A stretch of DNA of 64,000 nucleotides. Origin: Candidatus Shapirobacteria bacterium GW2011_GWF2_37_20. Lineage in GTDB: Bacteria; Patescibacteriota; Microgenomatia; UBA12405. Location: the NCBI GenBank assembly GCA_000989305.1, contig LBTB01000005.1, forward strand, positions 4,409 through 68,408. The letters are read 5' to 3'. Below the pieces are notes generated by a model. The model saw only the letters and a list, made by a program, of their open reading frames with translations, was not told where the DNA came from and made no database searches. The stretch's first letter is position 1. The number at the start of each line of letters is the position of its first letter. Of this stretch, positions 58,871 through 64,000 are shown piece by piece. The position numbers and the translations under genes were made by a program.

Positions 58871-61800
58871 TTAGTAAAAACGGAAGGTTCCGGTTTGGAG
58901 GGTAACGGTTGGGGTGGTGCACCAGTCTCCATAAATTGGGCCGGTAAAATAAGGGGCAATTCGATATTGATATGAATTGCCAGAAGAGACACTGGTGTCA
59001 GTGTAAGCAGTAGTGCCGACACCGAGATCCTGGAAGGCAGTAAAGCCTATGGAGTTAACGTTTCTTTCAACAAGAATACCGTTTTCACCACTGGCCTGAA
59101 GGTTCCAGACAACTTTGATGGAAGAATTATTATTAGCTTTTTGTAATAAACAGCCCTGACTAACTCCCGGGTTGGCAACGGTGGTAAAGTTGAAAGGAGT
59201 AACTTGGGTGGGACTCCAAACGTTGGTGCCACTGTAATCGATGGATTGAGATTTCCAATAGTAGGTAGTGTCGGGTATTAACTGGCTCTGAAAGGTATAA
59301 GTGGCAACAGTTCCGGAAGAATAAGCAGAGGTGCCGACATTTTGACCACTCCAACCTACATTGGAGGAAGTTTGATCATAAACATTGCAGTCTGTGGTCA
59401 TATCTGAATCAGAGCAAACAGTAATTTTATATTGAAGGGGGTTACTGTTTGGGTCAGAGCTAGAGGTACCAAGAGATAAGGTAAGGGGTTGGTTAATACT
59501 ATCGTTTGCGGGGGAAATTAAAGTTGGAGTATAAGAAAGGCCGTCGGTGGTAAAACTGTAGGCGGCGGCTTGAGTGCTGCCCCAGTTTTTACTACCGGCA
59601 TAATCTTTGGCGCGAGTTTTCCAGTAATAGGTGGTACTTGGTGCAAGGGTGGATCCGCTTTGAATGATATAAACGGCGGTAGTTCCGGAAGAATAAGCAG
59701 AAGTACCGACATTTTGACCGCTCCAACCAACATTGGAAGAAGTTTGGTTGTAAGTAAGACAACCGGTAGTCATGATGGAATTGGTACAAATTTTTAGTTC
59801 ATATTGAAGATTGTCACTTTCGGTGTCGGTGGTAACGGTTTTGAAAGTGGGAGCTAATTTTTGATTAGTGGCGGTGTTGATGGGAAGGGAAAGGGCGGGA
59901 ATAGCGGGGAGATTGTTTACTACTGTTTGAATATTGTCAAAATAGAAAATTTGACTGGGTTCAGCATTATTAATGTAAAAATCAAACTTAGTGACAGCAT
60001 TTCTGGCGCTAGGATCAATACCGGTAATATCCCAAGATTTTTGCTCCCAGGTGTTGGTACTACCAATAGTAATATTATTTGAGTTTTCGCTGGCATTGGT
60101 TTCGCCAAAACGAAACCGGAGGTTTTGGCCGGCAATGTTGGAATAAACATAATAGGTGATAGTGATACTACTGGAAAGGTCAATGGAAGTGGTTTTGGTA
60201 ATCGTGTCTTGATAGGAGGCTAAATTATCTTGAGCGGTGGTAGCGGAGGGGTTATTAGTAGAACCGGAAAGGGAGGTGATGTAGAAGGCGGCAATTCTGC
60301 CGGCACCACCATTGCCTCCATCACCTCCAGAAGTACTGTTACCACCAGTGCCTCCTGGAGCAGAGACAAGGTTGGTACCAAGGGTAATAGTATTGGCAAG
60401 AAGGCGAATTGAACCTCCAGCACCGCCACCGCCACCGCCTCCATAGGTTGGAGCGGCGCCATTAGTGCCAGCGCTTGTAATAGCTCCGGAAACACTTATA
60501 CTGCCCGCGCCAATGATAATGATGCCGCCGCCAGTACCACCGGCACCGCCAGTAGTGGCTCCGCCACCTCCGCCACCTCCTCCTGAGCCTAAGTGAGCGA
60601 TGGCCAGAGTGGCATCTCCGTAGGTACCACCTCCGCCACCTCCTCCTCCGATGACACCACCAGTACCACCATTACCACTAGCATTAGTACCTCCGTTGGC
60701 TCCATTGTTGGTACCGACACCGTAATAACCAAAGGTACCATAACCACCGCCGGCACCTCCACCACCCAGGGGGTTGACGGCGTAGTGGACAGTACCACCA
60801 CCGCCACCACCTCCTCCAAGGGAAGCGCTACCGGCACCGCCGGCATAGGCAGTGGTCATATTGTAACCGCCACCACCACCGCCACCACAAGTTCCGGCAA
60901 GACCGGCGTTGTTGAATTGACCTCCATTACCACCACCGGCAGTACCGCAAAAGGCAATTCCACCGGTAGCACGGGCACCACCGTCGACTCCACCCGTGCC
61001 GCCAGAAAAACCGAGACCGCTGGCACTGATAGTGCCAGAAACAGTAACGGTGCCATTAGCCTTGAAAGCAAGGACACCGCCCTTGGTACCATTAAAGGCC
61101 ATGGGACGGAATATTTGACCGGCATTAACGGTAACATTGGTGTATTGAGGGACACGCTGAACCATAATTTTTTGAGTAGTACCCGCATAAGCATTTTGAA
61201 GGCCGGTGTCGAAAATAAATTTGGTAGTGCCAATTTTTTGAGTAACAGTTCTAAGTTCATATTTGCCAACGTCTGCATAAGTGGTGCCAACACCCTGAAG
61301 GTTGATGATGATAACTTCGTCTCCGACGTCAACACCGGTGGTGGTAGTGGAGACAACAATAGCGGTACTGCCAGCCGAGGTATTAATAGTCGAGGAAAAA
61401 TTGACGGCATCGGCGGTGGCACGACCGACACAGGATTCGGTATTTATTTCATCGTTACTAGTGGATGAGACAGTACAAGCGCCATCTTTGCCGGTGCCGG
61501 CGTAGCCAATAATGTTAACTCTGACTGAGCCGGTACCTTCCTGTTTGATAGCGGTGTCCTGGGTGGCGGCAGCATAGGTAGTGTCACTGCTGACCCAGTT
61601 AGCAACTGCATCAGCATTATCAATAACAAGGTCGATAACAATGGGGTAACTACGGTTATGCTCATTTAACCATTGCTGACCTTCCTGGGTGATAATTTTG
61701 CTAATAGAATACTGGTTTTTGGAGAGAGGCTTAATTTCGTATTTAATACCAAAAGAAAGGATGCCGGGACTGTTGGCTTCATACATGACGGGCTTGGGAA

Positions 61801-62380
61801 CGGTAAAGGATTTTTTACCTTGACTGTAAAAATCGATTCTACCGTCGATTTCCTGGTATTTATCAATACCGGAAGTTTCAACGTTTTGAATTATTTTATC
61901 AATGCTTATAGCGGTAATTTTGTCAGCGACGATAAACTCTTCCAAAAGACGGGTGGGGTTAATGGAATATTTGAGGTCGATATGGGGAAAGATCTTCGGA
62001 TAGGTAATGGAACTTTCGCTGACAACGGGTTTTTCTTTGGTTTCGGAGGAAGCGAAGGTTTGTTGAGGAGGAGTATAAAAGGTGAGAGAACTGGAATTGT
62101 TGGTGAATTTGATGGCATTTGAGACAAGGGGATTGGATTTAAAATAAGTTTGAAAATTGTTGGTAGTATTTTCGTAATTGTATTGTCCTTTGGAGGGTTT
62201 AATGGTGGTGTCGATATTTTTGAAAGTGTTTAAATTGTTGCCAAAAGATGATTTTTGGTTTTTGTTGTTAATTAAAAATCTGGTGATGACTATAAAGAGA
62301 GAAATAATGACAATAAAAATGACTCCAAATATAATTATCAGATCTGATTTAGGGCGGTGGGTAAAAAGATGTTTAATCAT
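58871..62380 (-). CDS. Giant surface-anchored protein (about 1170 aa): N-terminal TM anchor, extreme Gly-rich central region, two tandem FN3-like repeats plus a third FN3-like C-terminal module
   Basis: The ATG at 62380 (MIKHLFT) overlaps the upstream gene's stop as TAATG; the ORF track extends to a GTG at 62395. Residues about 455-700 are mostly Gly (GGGGGGG runs). Two about 120-aa repeats contain TSSNVGWSGQNVGTSAYSSGT...TTYYWK. Confidence 0.6.
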   Translation of the reverse strand: MIKHLFTHRPKSDLIIIFGVIFIVIISLFIVITRFLINNKNQKSSFGNNLNTFKNIDTTIKPSKGQYNYENTTNNFQTYFKSNPLVSNAIKFTNNSSSLTFYTPPQQTFASSETKEKPVVSESSITYPKIFPHIDLKYSINPTRLLEEFIVADKITAISIDKIIQNVETSGIDKYQEIDGRIDFYSQGKKSFTVPKPVMYEANSPGILSFGIKYEIKPLSKNQYSISKIITQEGQQWLNEHNRSYPIVIDLVIDNADAVANWVSSDTTYAAATQDTAIKQEGTGSVRVNIIGYAGTGKDGACTVSSTSNDEINTESCVGRATADAVNFSSTINTSAGSTAIVVSTTTTGVDVGDEVIIINLQGVGTTYADVGKYELRTVTQKIGTTKFIFDTGLQNAYAGTTQKIMVQRVPQYTNVTVNAGQIFRPMAFNGTKGGVLAFKANGTVTVSGTISASGLGFSGGTGGVDGGARATGGIAFCGTAGGGNGGQFNNAGLAGTCGGGGGGGYNMTTAYAGGAGSASLGGGGGGGGTVHYAVNPLGGGGAGGGYGTFGYYGVGTNNGANGGTNASGNGGTGGVIGGGGGGGGTYGDATLAIAHLGSGGGGGGGGATTGGAGGTGGGIIIIGAGSISVSGAITSAGTNGAAPTYGGGGGGGAGGSIRLLANTITLGTNLVSAPGGTGGNSTSGGDGGNGGAGRIAAFYITSLSGSTNNPSATTAQDNLASYQDTITKTTSIDLSSSITITYYVYSNIAGQNLRFRFGETNASENSNNITIGSTNTWEQKSWDITGIDPSARNAVTKFDFYINNAEPSQIFYFDNIQTVVNNLPAIPALSLPINTATNQKLAPTFKTVTTDTESDNLQYELKICTNSIMTTGCLTYNQTSSNVGWSGQNVGTSAYSSGTTAVYIIQSGSTLAPSTTYYWKTRAKDYAGSKNWGSTQAAAYSFTTDGLSYTPTLISPANDSINQPLTLSLGTSSSDPNSNPLQYKITVCSDSDMTTDCNVYDQTSSNVGWSGQNVGTSAYSSGTVATYTFQSQLIPDTTYYWKSQSIDYSGTNVWSPTQVTPFNFTTVANPGVSQGCLLQKANNNSSIKVVWNLQASGENGILVERNVNSIGFTAFQDLGVGTTAYTDTSVSSGNSYQYRIAPYFTGPIYGDWCTTPTVTLQTGTFRFY
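59183..59906. repeat. Tandem duplication (about 2 x 360 bp, about 75% identical) encoding two FN3-like modules
   Basis: Direct-repeat DNA, for example ACATTTTGACCACTCCAACCTACATTGGAGGAAGTTTG (about 59340) versus ACATTTTGACCGCTCCAACCAACATTGGAAGAAGTTTG (about 59709). Confidence 0.65.
60283..61020. repeat. Low-complexity Gly-codon repeat region (CCACC/GCCACC-rich on the + strand) inside the giant gene
   Basis: Dense reiteration of CCACCGCCACC / CCTCCTCC tracts. It generates many spurious overlapping ORFs on both strands. Confidence 0.7.
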
Positions 62381-64000
62381 TAGTTTATTAGCCACCAGTT
62401 AATATTTACATTATCGTTTAAGGCTTGATCGATGGCAATGGTAAAGGTGTCTTGGTCTTTACTTTTTAGATAGGGAACTTGGTTTTGAGTAGAAGAAGTA
62501 GGGGTGAGATAGACCATGGAGGTTGAAGTAAGTTGGTTGTTTTGGATGGTAATTTCGGTTTGACCGGCGGCAAGAGTGATAGTACCGACAGTGGCATTAG
62601 TTGAGAGTTGAGCGGAAGAGGTGGCAAGAGAAGCAAGTGAAGAATCAGCAATAATAGCGGAGGAGGTAGCGATGTTGATTTTTTCAGCGGTTAAATTTTT
62701 AGTTTCGATGTTGTCGGCTTTTAACAAGTTGGCGATAAGAGAACCGTTAATATTTAGGTTACCATTGATGGTAACATTACCGTCGCTACTAAGAACCAGG
62801 CGGTCGTTTAAGAAATGAATGGTACCAAGACCACTGGGTTGGATATAGAGATTTTCAGAAGTGGTTTCCAAAATATTATCCTGAAGAGCAATTTGACCTA
62901 CGGTGAAGATATCGGAAACGTTGGCGGAGGTAAATTTACTAAGACCCTGAACAGTGAGCTGAGCACCGATAATGAGGTCGTTGCTAAGAGTGAGATTGTC
63001 GAGAGTAAGGTCAGCGCTGTCGGTAGAAACTGAGGTATCCCAGGTAGTAGAATCAGCCAGAAGAGCAGAAGGAGTGGCTTGATTCTCAGCGATAATAGTC
63101 TTGATCTCGTCACGAAGAGCAGTGATTTTGGCGGCGAAAACATCAGAAATGTTACCTTCGGGGTTGATAATTTGATCGGCGTAAATTGAGGAGAAGGAGG
63201 CCTCGTTGGCGGTGATTTGGTTGGCAGTAAGATCTGAGATTTCGGCAGTAGTGGCGGTGATATTTCCGGTGATGATGGTTTCGGAGGCGATTTTTTTGGC
63301 AGCAAGATTGTCGACGATAATATTCTTGGCGGAGAGGAGGCCGGTGTTGATTTTGGCGGCGGAGATTTGGGCAAAGAGACCGATTTTGGTGATGATTTTA
63401 TCTGTAGAATCAGTTAAAGAGTAAGACGCGGTCTCGATTTCATTTTTAGTATCGGAATAACCAAGAGAGGCGAGAACTTCGGGAGAAACATTGTAGTTGA
63501 CGGCGACTTGGCCATTTTCGGTGATGAAGACATCTGGGTCGTACCAACCCAGATTGACGATGACATTAATTAGACCCACCTGATTCGGATCGGAGCTATT
63601 GTATGAGTCTATGGCTTTGGCGGCAATATATCCGGCGCTGATAGCTTTGGAGGCAATTCCTTTAATTGAGCTTGCTGTTAGAGAATCGCCTGGATTTATT
63701 GGACCATTAATGGAACTTACTTTTAACTTGACGATACCAGACAAGGCCAAAGGTAGGGCATTGGGTTGATCAGCAATATTTTCATTTCCGACAAATGAAG
63801 GATCAAAAGAGTGAATTCCGGCCAATGAATTATCGGAAGAGGCTTTAATATATTTATTGTCAGAAAAGGCAATTAAGTCACCAGCTTCTGTGGGTTCGCT
63901 GGCGATGACATATTCGGCAAAATCAGCAGTACCAGAAAGACTGTAGGCAACAGAAGAAGCTAAAACATTGGTTCTGATTCTACCGACTTTAGTACCACTA
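62380..64000 (-). CDS. Repeat-rich surface/fibre-like protein whose N-terminus lies beyond the window. The C-terminus has the same ~55-aa domain as the 57701..58837 ORF (ends NINWWLIN).
   Basis: The reading frame stays open from 63825 to the window edge, and the 'start' at 63825 is a TTG. The protein is rich in N/T/S/I repeats (NITATTAEISDLTANQITANEAS). The C-terminus is ITIQNNQLTSTSMVYLTPTSS...NINWWLIN. Confidence 0.5.
   Translation of the reverse strand, partial: SGTKVGRIRTNVLASSVAYSLSGTADFAEYVIASEPTEAGDLIAFSDNKYIKASSDNSLAGIHSFDPSFVGNENIADQPNALPLALSGIVKLKVSSINGPINPGDSLTASSIKGIASKAISAGYIAAKAIDSYNSSDPNQVGLINVIVNLGWYDPDVFITENGQVAVNYNVSPEVLASLGYSDTKNEIETASYSLTDSTDKIITKIGLFAQISAAKINTGLLSAKNIIVDNLAAKKIASETIITGNITATTAEISDLTANQITANEASFSSIYADQIINPEGNISDVFAAKITALRDEIKTIIAENQATPSALLADSTTWDTSVSTDSADLTLDNLTLSNDLIIGAQLTVQGLSKFTSANVSDIFTVGQIALQDNILETTSENLYIQPSGLGTIHFLNDRLVLSSDGNVTINGNLNINGSLIANLLKADNIETKNLTAEKINIATSSAIIADSSLASLATSSAQLSTNATVGTITLAAGQTEITIQNNQLTSTSMVYLTPTSSTQNQVPYLKSKDQDTFTIAIDQALNDNVNINWWLIN

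Noticed and set aside
59047-63424. Numerous overlapping ORFs on both strands (for example 60593..61468 +, 60856..61431 -, 62898..63374 -)
   Set aside because: They arise from the Gly-codon (CCACC/GGTGG) low-complexity tract and repeat-rich genes. The long minus-strand frames are the only coherent ones.

Overview
This window looks like the chromosomal replication-origin region of a small, low-GC bacterium. It holds rpmH-rnpA-yidD-yidC-jag on the + strand, divergent from dnaA-dnaN on the - strand. DnaA-box clusters (TTATCCACA-type) lie both between dnaA and dnaN and between dnaA and rpmH. Other housekeeping genes are a partial fpg, trxB, a stand-alone 5'-3' exonuclease, ftsH, rpsA, radA, rho and a LysM-M23 peptidase. 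A 23S-5S rRNA pair is preceded by tRNA-Ala, with a stray tRNA-Ile about 1.9 kb upstream; there is no 16S gene in the window. Several accessory systems stand out. (i) A Gram-positive-type type IV secretion (T4SS)-like module at 5.8-14.8 kb has a PrgI-family protein, a free-standing VirB4 N-domain homologue, a VirB4-like ATPase and a PrgK-like membrane-anchored hydrolase, and it abuts dnaN. (ii) A second envelope module at 32.9-38.3 kb has a signal-peptide 8-TM membrane protein (VirB6-like, tentative), a secreted protein and six tandem paralogous small 2-TM pilin-like genes. (iii) Next to it is a 7TM protein plus three tandem RimK-type ATP-grasp ligases, one fused to a retropepsin-like DTGA aspartic protease. 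This is a predicted peptide-ligation/modification system. (iv) A cell-envelope glycan cluster contains an O-antigen-ligase-like protein, a Wzx-like flippase and a DUF4012-like giant protein. (v) A minus-strand surface-protein operon at 57.7-64.0 kb holds a ~1170-aa protein with a ~250-aa poly-Gly region and tandem FN3-like repeats. Its two neighbours share a previously unrecognised ~55-aa C-terminal domain ending in WW(I/L)(V/I)N. By inference from gene content (PrgI family, pilin arrays, DUF4012, unlinked rRNA genes, many small hypotheticals) the organism resembles a Patescibacteria/CPR-type bacterium. No CRISPR array, transposase or integrase was seen.
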